A stretch of 64,000 nt of DNA from Bacteroidaceae bacterium. Its GTDB lineage: Bacteria > Bacteroidota > Bacteroidia > Bacteroidales > Bacteroidaceae. The position numbers and the translations under genes are program-made. The notes below the pieces were generated by a model. That model did no database searches. It was given only the letters and a program-made list of their open reading frames with translations, and was not told where the DNA came from. Location of the stretch: positions 11,237 to 75,236 of the forward strand of contig JAFTEV010000053.1 of assembly GCA_017453465.1 (NCBI GenBank), read 5' to 3'. Each line of letters begins with the position of its first letter. Within the stretch, counting starts at the first letter, position 1. Below, piece after piece: positions 8,765 through 16,921 of the stretch.

Positions 8765-9778
8765 TTAATTCCCTTCGTCCAGATAGATGTTGATGAGTTC
8801 TGTGATGTCGGAGACGGTGAACTGGCCGTCTTCGTCGATGTCGGTGACGTAGATGTCAACGGTGTCAGTGCCGAGGTAGGCTGCAATCAGTTGGGTTATT
8901 TCATCGACTGTAACCCTGCCGTTGATGAAGTAGGTGGTCTTCAGATAGATGAGTGTTCCCTGGTCTGAAACCAGCCAGCAGGTGATGTTGTGAAGTCCCT
9001 TGGGGTAGGCCGAGACATCGAAGTCGAAGTAATATACGCCGTCTGTTTTTGTGCCGATGTTGAAGACGGGGGCACCCTGGTCAATGGAATAGCAGAGCAT
9101 CTGTTCCGTGGTTTTCATGGCACGGAGGAAATAGCCTGTCTGGATGGTGGAGACCGTGCCGCTCGTTGTGACCACTTGCAGCATGTAGCTGTGCAGACCT
9201 TCTGCCAGTTCGTTTACGTCCTGGGTCCATGCGGCAATGCCTGTAGCGTTGGCCAGCTGCTGGCTGCAAATCAGGTTGCCGTCCACATATAGTTGGCAAA
9301 CGGCGTTTTCCCCACTGGTTGTCTGGGGCATCTTTACGAATAGCCTGGAGGTTGTAGAAGATGTGTTGCCTGTGCCTGAAGCCATGTAGTGCAAGGTGTG
9401 CAGACCTTCGCTCAGGGCTGAAACGTCGATGTCGAAGGTCGGCGTATGGGCGGGTATGGCTGTGCGGCTGTCTGTGTCGTCGAACCAATAGTAGCCGGAG
9501 AGTTCCGACGCTTGTGCCAGCTTGATGAAGAAGCGGTTCACCACCGAACTCCACTCGCCCGTTTCGTCGCTCAGTTGCAAGTGGAACGTGTGTAGCTGGT
9601 CGGTAAGCCCGGCCACATCTACATCCATCTGCCAGCTGGAGCTGGTGCTCTGGCCCTGCGTGGCCAGGGAGTCTTGGTTGTCGAACCAGTAGCGGTAGGT
9701 GTATGTGGCTGTCTGGCCTCGTGCCATGCTGTGTATGCAGAGGCAGAGCATGAATAATAGAATCTTTCGCATAAGCAA
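8765..9778 (-). CDS. Secreted protein with four ~75-aa repeats carrying a (E/K)GLH motif and a C-terminal double dockerin-like module
   Basis: Signal peptide MLMRKILLFMLCLCIHSMARGQ. Repeats are marked by DVDVAGLTDQLHTF, DIDVSALSEGLHTL, DVNELAEGLHSY and DFDVSAYPKGLHNI. C-terminus is VTVDEITQLIAAYL...DIDEDGQFTVSDITELINIYL. Confidence 0.65.
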   Translation of the reverse strand: MLMRKILLFMLCLCIHSMARGQTATYTYRYWFDNQDSLATQGQSTSSSWQMDVDVAGLTDQLHTFHLQLSDETGEWSSVVNRFFIKLAQASELSGYYWFDDTDSRTAIPAHTPTFDIDVSALSEGLHTLHYMASGTGNTSSTTSRLFVKMPQTTSGENAVCQLYVDGNLICSQQLANATGIAAWTQDVNELAEGLHSYMLQVVTTSGTVSTIQTGYFLRAMKTTEQMLCYSIDQGAPVFNIGTKTDGVYYFDFDVSAYPKGLHNITCWLVSDQGTLIYLKTTYFINGRVTVDEITQLIAAYLGTDTVDIYVTDIDEDGQFTVSDITELINIYLDEGN

Positions 9779-9797
9779 ATCCTTTCCTTACCGTTTG

Positions 9798-10778
9798 TTA
9801 TTCAGCTTTCTTTACTTCTACTTCCACGTTCAGCTTGCCGTCGGCTGTTGAGCGTTTGGCTACATCGCAACGCACGATTCGCGGGTTGGTGGGGATGGGG
9901 TCGAAAGGATATGCGCCGCCATAGATGCCTACCTGTGTGAAGTCTGAACCTATCAGAATCGAGGCTGCCTCGTCGGTCAGTGTCAGGCTGATGTTGTCAT
10001 CGTATGTGCCTCGGAACTCCTTGAATACGTTTGCCAGAAAGAAGGAATTGACAATGTCTGTGCCTTGACAATGTTTGGCTACTGCGTCATAGAAAACAAC
10101 GCTGTTGTATGCAGCACATGTGCCTACAATCTGGTCGCCAAAGATAATGCTGTTCTTGATGGCCAGGGGAACATCTGCCGTCATGTTGCCTATGATGCAA
10201 TTCTCGAAATTGCAAACTCTACTGCTGCCGCCCACCATCTTGTTGACGAAACAATTGTGGAACGAAAATGAACTTTCTCTTGCAGCAAAAATGCTGTCGG
10301 TAATGATGCAGTGGATGAAGTTTGCATTTGGCATGGAGTGATAGTAACTATCGCTTGTGGTAATGGCCTTGAATATACATTTGATGAATGTTGCCGACGG
10401 AATTGGTGTGGTAGTTGTTATCACGCCGTTGAAGCGCACTCCTTCGATAGTTAACCGATAGCCTGTATTATAATCGTGCCTAAGATTGAAGTCTTGATTG
10501 ATAATGGTCGGGGCGATGCCGGTAGTGGCATCCATTTCCATGCCGGCACCGCGAATGGTTACTGCTTTGTTGATTTGGGCAGCAGTGAATAGGCCGCTGG
10601 AGAGCGTGATGACATCGCCACCACTCGATGAGGCGTGAGAGACTGCGTCAACCAATGCTTCGGGGCCGTAGAATGTGGAAATTGCGCCCTCGTGGTTCAG
10701 GGTTGCCACCTGTGTGCTTTGAGCATAGCTTATGGCTGCCAGCGTGATGGCAACCAGCGAAAGAAGTACTTTTTTCAT
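9798..10778 (-). CDS. Secreted parallel beta-helix-like protein, unknown function
   Basis: The start was moved to ATG 10778 (MKKVLLSLVAITLAAISYAQS signal peptide), so the upstream 47 codons of the track ORF are leader. It shows a repetitive xCIIxNSIF / FxNCFV / FENCII pattern typical of right-handed beta-helix turns. Confidence 0.6.
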   Translation of the reverse strand: MKKVLLSLVAITLAAISYAQSTQVATLNHEGAISTFYGPEALVDAVSHASSSGGDVITLSSGLFTAAQINKAVTIRGAGMEMDATTGIAPTIINQDFNLRHDYNTGYRLTIEGVRFNGVITTTTPIPSATFIKCIFKAITTSDSYYHSMPNANFIHCIITDSIFAARESSFSFHNCFVNKMVGGSSRVCNFENCIIGNMTADVPLAIKNSIIFGDQIVGTCAAYNSVVFYDAVAKHCQGTDIVNSFFLANVFKEFRGTYDDNISLTLTDEAASILIGSDFTQVGIYGGAYPFDPIPTNPRIVRCDVAKRSTADGKLNVEVEVKKAE

Positions 10779-10926
10779 ATTAGATTCTTGGGTTTTAGTG
10801 CCTCCCGCAGTCCCTTGGAAGGCGTTGTTTTGTAATGGATGAAGCATGGAACTGCTATGCCTTCCTTTCCCCTTGCAGGAATTTGGGCTGGAGGCATACT
10901 GCTTCAGTCTGTAACACATTCGGCTG

Positions 10927-10934
10927 CAAATTTA
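10927..10934 (-). promoter_or_regulatory. Bacteroidota promoter (-7 TAAATTTG, with -33 TTTG) for the beta-helix/GLH-repeat gene pair
   Basis: The minus strand reads ATATTTGTCAGTACAATTAAAACATGTAAATTTG. The -7 box lies 149 nt upstream of ATG 10778. Confidence 0.5.
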
Positions 10935-11050
10935 CATGTTTTAATTGTACTGACAAATATTATTCCTCTTTTTTGTGTTTTTTGGCTAAAAAAACAGCAT
11001 TTTTCTTGTTTGCTTACACGCAGCCAGGCAAAAGGAAGGGGTGGGGAATG

Positions 11051-11217
11051 AGTGGCAGAACTGTGCTACCGTTGTGAGAATGCAGTCCTGTAGCAGTAGG
11101 AGAACTTTGTGTCCGAAGTGAGAGAACTTTGTGACCGCAGTGGTAGAACTTTTTGTGCGCAGTGGCAGAACTTTGTGACCGCAGTGGGAGTGCATTCTGT
11201 CTGCTGTGCGAGTGGGA
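11051..11217. repeat. Tandem array of 22-bp units (consensus AGTGGnAGAACTTTGTGACCGC)
   Basis: Units start at 11051, 11073, 11095, 11117, 11139, 11161 and 11183, exactly 22 bp apart. A degenerate unit follows at 11211. The same family occurs at 59229-59361. Confidence 0.85.
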
Positions 11218-11225
11218 TGAAAAGA

Positions 11226-11256
11226 GAGGCACAAAGGTTCGGGACCTCTGTGCCTC
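11226..11256 (-). terminator. Hairpin terminator after the SusD gene
   Basis: GAGGCACAAAGG / CCTCTGTGCCTC stem with one mismatch and a 7-nt loop. On the minus strand it is followed by UCUCUUUUC. Confidence 0.55.
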
Positions 11257-11310
11257 TGCTGTCTCTGTGCCCCAGGGGTGGGGACACGGACTCGTGTGTA
11301 TGGGTGGGGA

Positions 11311-13521
11311 CTACCATTGGGGCAGCTCGAAGTACCAGTTCTGCTGGTTGAGCAGCTTGGTGTAGAGCGTGCCGTCGTAGCCGTCGATGGCTGGACTTGT
11401 GGATGAGGCTTTGCGGCTGCCTCGGTTGGCAATCTTCCGGGCCAGCCACTGGGTGCCTTGCTTGCCGCTGGCGTCTTTGTGCTGGGCAATGCGGACGAGG
11501 TCGGTGAAGCGGTTGCCCTCGAAGGCTGTCTCCAGTGCGAGTTCGTCAACGATGATGTTTTCCACTGCGTCGATGGTGTCGGCCAGTGTGGGGCTGGCGA
11601 TGGCGGCTATGCCGTGGGAGAGCAGCTGTGCCTTGTAGTCGTAGTAAACGCTGTCCTTCTTGCCGTAGATGTTGGTGAGCAGTTGTCCCAGGTTGTTGGA
11701 TGTCCACTGGGTGTTTTTACCATCGGCACTGAGCTTGAGGATGCCGGCTCCCTTGGCGTGGATGCCGTAGGTGCCGTTCCACACGTCGTCCTTGAAGTTG
11801 AGCCACTGGTTGAAGTGGGTCAGGCGCAGGGTGTCGGTGAGGTAGTACATGGGTTCGTCGCTGCCACGGCGCATCTCGCGGCTGTAGCTAATGGTCTGTT
11901 CGTATTGCCACTTGCTGGTGGAAACGGACGAACCGTATTCTACGAGGTTGCCCTCTTCGTCCAGGGTGAAGCCCGTCTTGGGGTCTTCGGGGGTGACATA
12001 GACTTCTACGCCTGTGTCGCTGTTGATTTTCTTGTTGTAGATAACGCCGCCGAAGTCGTACTCGTTGTTGGTGGCTGTGGTCTTGGTGGCCATGACGGGG
12101 ATGGTGTACTGGTTGAGTCCGTCCTTGAGGATGGCGAAGGCAAATTCGGGATAGCCGGCGCGGTTGATGGCTTCGGCCAGACGGAGCCAGACGAGTGTCT
12201 TGCGGTAGATGGGGATGGTGTAGTAGAAATCAAAGTTTCGTGCAGCCTTGGAGCAGAGTGGGTAGGTTTCGCCCTCGTAGCTGAAGTCGGCTTCGACGGA
12301 AATGCCGTAGCGTGCATCGTGGTTCTCGATGAGGCTCATGATGTCGGCTTGTCCTCCCAGTGTGCTTGCCTTGTAGATGATGTAAGTCTGGTCGCTGTTC
12401 ACGTCATTATATGCCTCGGAGGGGCAGTATTGCCGTTTGTAGTTGCGTATGACAGAGATGGCTCCGCTCACGTCATATTCTCCTGTGCCTTCACCCTCGT
12501 CATCGGCAGTCTCGGCAGAACTCTGGCTGGAAGAGGGCGTGTAGCCGAAGATGTCGGCCACACGGGTGAGCATCTTGCCCAGTCCGGCGTTGGCTGCGCC
12601 GGGGATGGTGGTGATGACTTCGTTGGTTTCGCGTGCGTAGGAATAGGTGTTGGCCCACTGGCCCCAGCTGTTAAGCCTTGCGTCTGTCACAATGCCTGAA
12701 CGCATCTTGGTGGCAATGCAACCTTGCGTATAGAGTGGGGTAGCTTCGTTCTTCAGAAAGTCGAAGTAGTACTGGGCAGCCTGACGGTAGTCGCTTTCGC
12801 CGTTGCCACGGAGCAGGTAGAGGTCGCCCAGCACCACACGGATGGGGATGAAGCAGAGGCGGGCAGAGATGTCATTGGCGCCGTTGCTCCATGTGCCCCA
12901 CGTGTTTTTGGTGTTGCCATACTGCGGGTAGGGTGTGTCAACCATACGCAGAAGTCCGTCTTCGATGAGGCGGTCGATGAGGTTGTCTTTGTTGACGAGG
13001 TTGGCTTTGTAGTTGAAGTTCTCTACCACTTCCAGATTGCTGACAGGCTCGGTGATGTAGGGCACCTCGCGGTAGTTCTTGACCAGCTGGAGGTAAGCCC
13101 AGGCACGGATGGCGTTGACCTGTGCATACTCTGGAATCATGTATTTGATGTTCGACTTCACAGCGTTGGTGTCGCAGTTGTGAATGTAGAAATTGCAGTT
13201 GTTGATGACATTGTAGTAGTCTGCCACGTTGAGCATGGAGCAGGATTCGTCCTGCGGATTGTCGAAGCCTGAGATTGCGCTCAGGGTGTCGGTTGCATAT
13301 TCGGTGGGGCTGACCAGGTCGCCTCGGATTTCTCCAAGTACGACTTGCCGCTCGGCTACATCCTGCATGGCTCGCATGATGCCCAAATAAGAGTAGAGCG
13401 TGTCTTGAGCGTTGACGTAAACCTTGTCTCCTGCATCTACGGTCATCATGTCATTGCAGGAAGTAAGCAGCGAGGCAGAGGCTGTGGCAATGGCTGCCAG
13501 GGCTATAATTGTCTTTTTCAT
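11311..13521 (-). CDS. SusD/RagB-family outer-membrane lipoprotein (large, 736 aa)
   Basis: Lipoprotein signal ...ASLLTSC-NDMM. Located immediately downstream of a SusC-type gene. The N-terminal region (LYSYLGIMRAMQDV...LGEIRGDLV) has SusD-like TPR-type helices, and the protein ends in a W-rich tail. Confidence 0.8.
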   Translation of the reverse strand: MKKTIIALAAIATASASLLTSCNDMMTVDAGDKVYVNAQDTLYSYLGIMRAMQDVAERQVVLGEIRGDLVSPTEYATDTLSAISGFDNPQDESCSMLNVADYYNVINNCNFYIHNCDTNAVKSNIKYMIPEYAQVNAIRAWAYLQLVKNYREVPYITEPVSNLEVVENFNYKANLVNKDNLIDRLIEDGLLRMVDTPYPQYGNTKNTWGTWSNGANDISARLCFIPIRVVLGDLYLLRGNGESDYRQAAQYYFDFLKNEATPLYTQGCIATKMRSGIVTDARLNSWGQWANTYSYARETNEVITTIPGAANAGLGKMLTRVADIFGYTPSSSQSSAETADDEGEGTGEYDVSGAISVIRNYKRQYCPSEAYNDVNSDQTYIIYKASTLGGQADIMSLIENHDARYGISVEADFSYEGETYPLCSKAARNFDFYYTIPIYRKTLVWLRLAEAINRAGYPEFAFAILKDGLNQYTIPVMATKTTATNNEYDFGGVIYNKKINSDTGVEVYVTPEDPKTGFTLDEEGNLVEYGSSVSTSKWQYEQTISYSREMRRGSDEPMYYLTDTLRLTHFNQWLNFKDDVWNGTYGIHAKGAGILKLSADGKNTQWTSNNLGQLLTNIYGKKDSVYYDYKAQLLSHGIAAIASPTLADTIDAVENIIVDELALETAFEGNRFTDLVRIAQHKDASGKQGTQWLARKIANRGSRKASSTSPAIDGYDGTLYTKLLNQQNWYFELPQW

Positions 13522-13538
13522 TGTTTCTTACGTGTTTT

Positions 13539-16500
13539 TTAGAGGTTGAATTTAACACCAAGGTTGAACGAGCGGTTCGTGGGCAGCAGACCAGCGTCGA
13601 TGCCCTGATAGAGCACACTGTTGCCTACTGAGGTTTCGGGGTCTTTGCCCGTATAGCGTGTCAGGGTGAACACATTGTTGGCTTCGGCCCACACGGTGAT
13701 GCCTTGAATCCAGGGTGAGTTGATAGGTAGCTGATAAGTGAGGCGCACCTTCTTCAGCTTGAGGAAGGAGCCGTCTTCAATCCAGCGGTCGCTGAATCGC
13801 TCGTTGTTGACCCAGTTTTCCGACGTTGTGGCCATCGCTCTTGGGATGTTTGTCTGCTGACCTTCATAGCTCCAGCGATTGACGGCTGCCGTAGTCTGAT
13901 TGAAGAATCCGTTGACGCTTTCCAGCTGACTGCGCTGGTAGTTGTAGATGTCATTGCCCAGCGAATACTTGAAGTTGATGTCAAGACTCCAGCGGCTGCC
14001 GAACTTCAGGTTCGTGTAGATGTTGCCGAAGATGTCGGGGTTGGGGTCGCCGATGACGGTCTTGTCGGCTTCGTTGATGATGCCGTCGCCGTTCTGGTCA
14101 ATGAAGCGTACATCGCCAGCCTGGAACGACTTGTAGGGGTTTTGGGCTACGCCAGTGGGGTACTTCAGGTAGCCGCTGGCCGTGGCGTGGCTGGCTTCTT
14201 CCTTGTTGGCAAACACGCCGTTGGTCTGATAGCCATAGAAGAGACCTGCTGGGCGGCCTTCGCTGGTGAGCACCTCTGCGCCGTAGATGGTAGTGAGGTA
14301 GTCGCCTTCGGGCAGGGCCTTGATGCGGTTCTTGTAGTGGCCGAGACTGACACCCAGCTGCCACTTGAACTTGTTGCTGTTGACGAGGACTGCGTTCACC
14401 TTCACGTTGGCACCGATGTTGCGCAGCGAACCATCGTTGGCATAGAATTGCTTCAAGCCTGTAAGGTATTTGATGGTCTTCTGGGTGAGCAGGTTGCTGG
14501 TGTTGTTTACATAAAACTCGATGCTGGCCTGGATGCGGTTCTTGACAAACGAGCCGTTGAGGGCAACATTGAATTTGCGGGTGCTTTCCCACTGGATGGC
14601 GGGGTTCTCGATGTTGTCGAGCTGAAGAGCCGTGGCATTCTTCAGGTACGTGTAAGATTTGAAATAAGTGCGTGCAAGGCTGTAGTCGATGTTGTCGTTA
14701 CCTGCAATCTCATATCCTGCGGACAGTTTCAGGTAGTTGATGCCCCTTGCTTTCTGCATCCAGCTTTCGTTGGAGATGACCCATGCGGCCTGAATGCTGG
14801 GGAAGAGACCCCACTTCACGCCGAAGAGCTTCAGTCCCTCTGCTGTTTCTCGGCCAAAGCGTGAAGATGTTTCGGCTGAGAAGGTACCTTCCAGGAAATA
14901 CGTGTTCTTGATGCCCCACTTGGCATTGAGGTAATAAGCGATGTTGCGCCATTTGTCTTGATTACCCTCGATGCTGCGGAAGTCGAGCGAATTCTTCATG
15001 TCGGGCATTTTGTCGTTGCCAGCGTTGTAGCCGCTCATGTAGCTGTCTGAGAAGGTGTTGCTGGTGAAGCGGAAACCACCGAAGACGTTGATATCGTGGA
15101 TGCCGTAGTTGTTGCCCCAGTCAATGCGGAAGTCCTCATAGACCGATGTTTCCTTGGAGAAGAGCGACTTCACGACGGATGTGACATCGCCATAACCTAT
15201 ATATACATACTGCGGAATACCAGCTTCGGGCAGGAAATACTTCTCGTTGGTGCGGTTCAGCTGATAGGCAAAGCGGTTGGAGATGGAGAGTGTTGGCGTG
15301 ATTTGCCACTTTGGTTTCACGTTCAGGTTAAACTGTGTCACCTCCTGTCGGTTTTTGTTCGAGCCGTCGCCGTTGTCGAGAATCCAGTAGGGATTGGCCA
15401 GAGCAGCGTTGGTACCGTAAGCACTGGCAAAGTCGAAAGGATAATTGTCGTCGTCCAGGTATTTACCCGCATACACGCTGGAGAGGTGGAGCTTGCCGTC
15501 ATCGCCCGTGTAGTAGCCGTACTTGGAAAGGAATGGCGACTGGATGAGTCCCAGCACATTGGGGGAAGACACTGTGCTGGAAGCATAGCTCTCGGCCCAG
15601 CCGTTGTCGCGCAGGTTGTAGCTCAGTTTGCTGTAGGAAAGGTCGAGCTGCGTAGAAACGTTCTTCACCAGCTTGATGTCGGTGTTGAAACGGATGTTCA
15701 GGCGGTCGAACCCATTTTGCTTGGCCGTAGATTTTGAATTGGTATAGCCCAGCGAAAGGTTGTACATGGCAATGTCGTCACCGCCCTGCACACTTACCTT
15801 GTAGTTCTGTGTGGCTGCCGTGCGGTAGAGTCCGTCGCTCCAGTCCGTCTCATTGTGGTACATGGGGTACCAGTAGTAGTTGGTGTTGTTGTTGAGGAAC
15901 GGAATGGAAGTCGAGGCTGTGGCGTGCAGCTGGCCATACTCCGTGGTTCCGATGAGGTCACTGATATAGTTGCGGTATTGCGACGCATTCATCATGCTGG
16001 TAGTGGAAGGAGCCAGTTCAAAGCCAGCATTCAGACTCACGTTGATTCGTGTGGCCATGGAGTGACCACGCTTTGTGTTGATGAGAATCACGCCGTTGCC
16101 TCCGCGTGCTCCATACAGGGCTGTTCCATTCTTTACGACCTCCACCGACTCAATGTCTTCTGGGTCAATGCCGGCCAGGATGTTGTTGTAGAAGCCATCG
16201 TGGATGCTTGTGCGGTCGAGCTGCATATCAATGAACATTCCGTCGAGCACAATGAGTGGCTGGGCATTGGAATTGAGCGAGTTCAAGCCGTTTAGGAACA
16301 TGGCGACACCCTGGCCGCGAATGCCTGTGCGGTTGATGGCATGGATGTCACCCCCCAGGCGGTTTTCGATTTCCTCATCTACGGTCACGGCACTGGTGTT
16401 GTTCGGCGTGGCCTTGTTGACAATGGTTGTCGAGGTGGAAGCAGCATAAACGTCCTTGAACATCGTGGAGTAGAGGGCTGCATCGGGTACTTTCTCCCCG

Positions 16501-16847
16501 TCAAAGGCAACCTGAATGTCGTTGTATTCAGGCACTGTGATGTAGAGCGAGTTGACGAACTTGGGCACCTTCAGTGTGTAATTGCCGTTTTCGTCCGTCA
16601 TCACGGCATAGCGGTTGTGGCCGTAGGCTCGCACATTGGCACCATCTACAGGTTTCCCTGTTGCTGCATCATAGACATGGCCACTTACGGTCTTCATTTC
16701 GTACTGGCGTTCTGGTTTTACTTTCTTCACCCGTTTCGGGGCATTCAGCGAATCCTGTGCCTCATCTTGTGCCCAAACAGTTGCTGTGGCAGCAAACATG
16801 AAGAACGTGATGCCTGTGCGCAGTATGTTATTTTTCAGATGTATCAT
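13539..16847 (-). CDS. SusC/RagA-family TonB-dependent transporter
   Basis: 1102 aa. Carboxypeptidase-regulatory-like N-domain (VSGHVYDAATGKPVDGANVRAYG). Plug motif VVKNGTALYGARGGNGVILINTKRG. Beta-barrel ending ...SFNLGVKFNL. Confidence 0.92.
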   Translation of the reverse strand: MIHLKNNILRTGITFFMFAATATVWAQDEAQDSLNAPKRVKKVKPERQYEMKTVSGHVYDAATGKPVDGANVRAYGHNRYAVMTDENGNYTLKVPKFVNSLYITVPEYNDIQVAFDGEKVPDAALYSTMFKDVYAASTSTTIVNKATPNNTSAVTVDEEIENRLGGDIHAINRTGIRGQGVAMFLNGLNSLNSNAQPLIVLDGMFIDMQLDRTSIHDGFYNNILAGIDPEDIESVEVVKNGTALYGARGGNGVILINTKRGHSMATRINVSLNAGFELAPSTTSMMNASQYRNYISDLIGTTEYGQLHATASTSIPFLNNNTNYYWYPMYHNETDWSDGLYRTAATQNYKVSVQGGDDIAMYNLSLGYTNSKSTAKQNGFDRLNIRFNTDIKLVKNVSTQLDLSYSKLSYNLRDNGWAESYASSTVSSPNVLGLIQSPFLSKYGYYTGDDGKLHLSSVYAGKYLDDDNYPFDFASAYGTNAALANPYWILDNGDGSNKNRQEVTQFNLNVKPKWQITPTLSISNRFAYQLNRTNEKYFLPEAGIPQYVYIGYGDVTSVVKSLFSKETSVYEDFRIDWGNNYGIHDINVFGGFRFTSNTFSDSYMSGYNAGNDKMPDMKNSLDFRSIEGNQDKWRNIAYYLNAKWGIKNTYFLEGTFSAETSSRFGRETAEGLKLFGVKWGLFPSIQAAWVISNESWMQKARGINYLKLSAGYEIAGNDNIDYSLARTYFKSYTYLKNATALQLDNIENPAIQWESTRKFNVALNGSFVKNRIQASIEFYVNNTSNLLTQKTIKYLTGLKQFYANDGSLRNIGANVKVNAVLVNSNKFKWQLGVSLGHYKNRIKALPEGDYLTTIYGAEVLTSEGRPAGLFYGYQTNGVFANKEEASHATASGYLKYPTGVAQNPYKSFQAGDVRFIDQNGDGIINEADKTVIGDPNPDIFGNIYTNLKFGSRWSLDINFKYSLGNDIYNYQRSQLESVNGFFNQTTAAVNRWSYEGQQTNIPRAMATTSENWVNNERFSDRWIEDGSFLKLKKVRLTYQLPINSPWIQGITVWAEANNVFTLTRYTGKDPETSVGNSVLYQGIDAGLLPTNRSFNLGVKFNL

Positions 16848-16921
16848 AATTTTACAATTTTATTGATTTACTTATCGACTATAGTCGCTTTTCGTAGAAA
16901 GAAATTTACAATGATTCCATT

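Noticed and set aside
10779-10919. N-terminal extensions of track ORFs (10919 versus 10778, 34254 versus 34194, 48584 versus 48482, 38042 versus 38006, 34581 versus 34650, 4016 versus 4025)
   Set aside because: In each case an internal ATG is followed directly by a canonical signal peptide or conserved N-terminus. The extension would overlap a promoter box or the upstream gene, and several of the extensions start at TTG.
11051-11217. Possible CRISPR array or plasmid-type iteron origin
   Set aside because: The units are contiguous 22-mers without unique spacers, and no cas genes are present. The array looks iteron-like, but there is no rep/initiator gene, DnaA-box cluster or AT-rich unwinding element nearby.
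10986-11549. ORFs 10986..11549 -, 11014..11232 -, 11066..11449 -, 11109..11351 + and 11153..11365 + across the tandem array
   Set aside because: Their translations are periodic repeat artefacts (..HKVLPLRTKSS..). They overlap the SusD 3' end, the terminator hairpin and each other.
11458-12699. Long antisense or off-frame ORFs inside confirmed genes. This one, plus 3034..3885 -, 5926..6840 -, 7372..8040 -, 14142..14864 +, 25065..25751 +, 28579..29328 +, 30423..31145 +, 35798..36544 -, 39688..40338 +, 42780..43589 +, 45714..46346 -, 49509..50138 +, 57644..58453 - and 58366..59055 -
   Set aside because: Each fully overlaps a gene with strong family motifs on the other strand or frame. Their translations are V/G/A/H/D-rich with no motifs, which is the expected artefact of GC-rich third codon positions.
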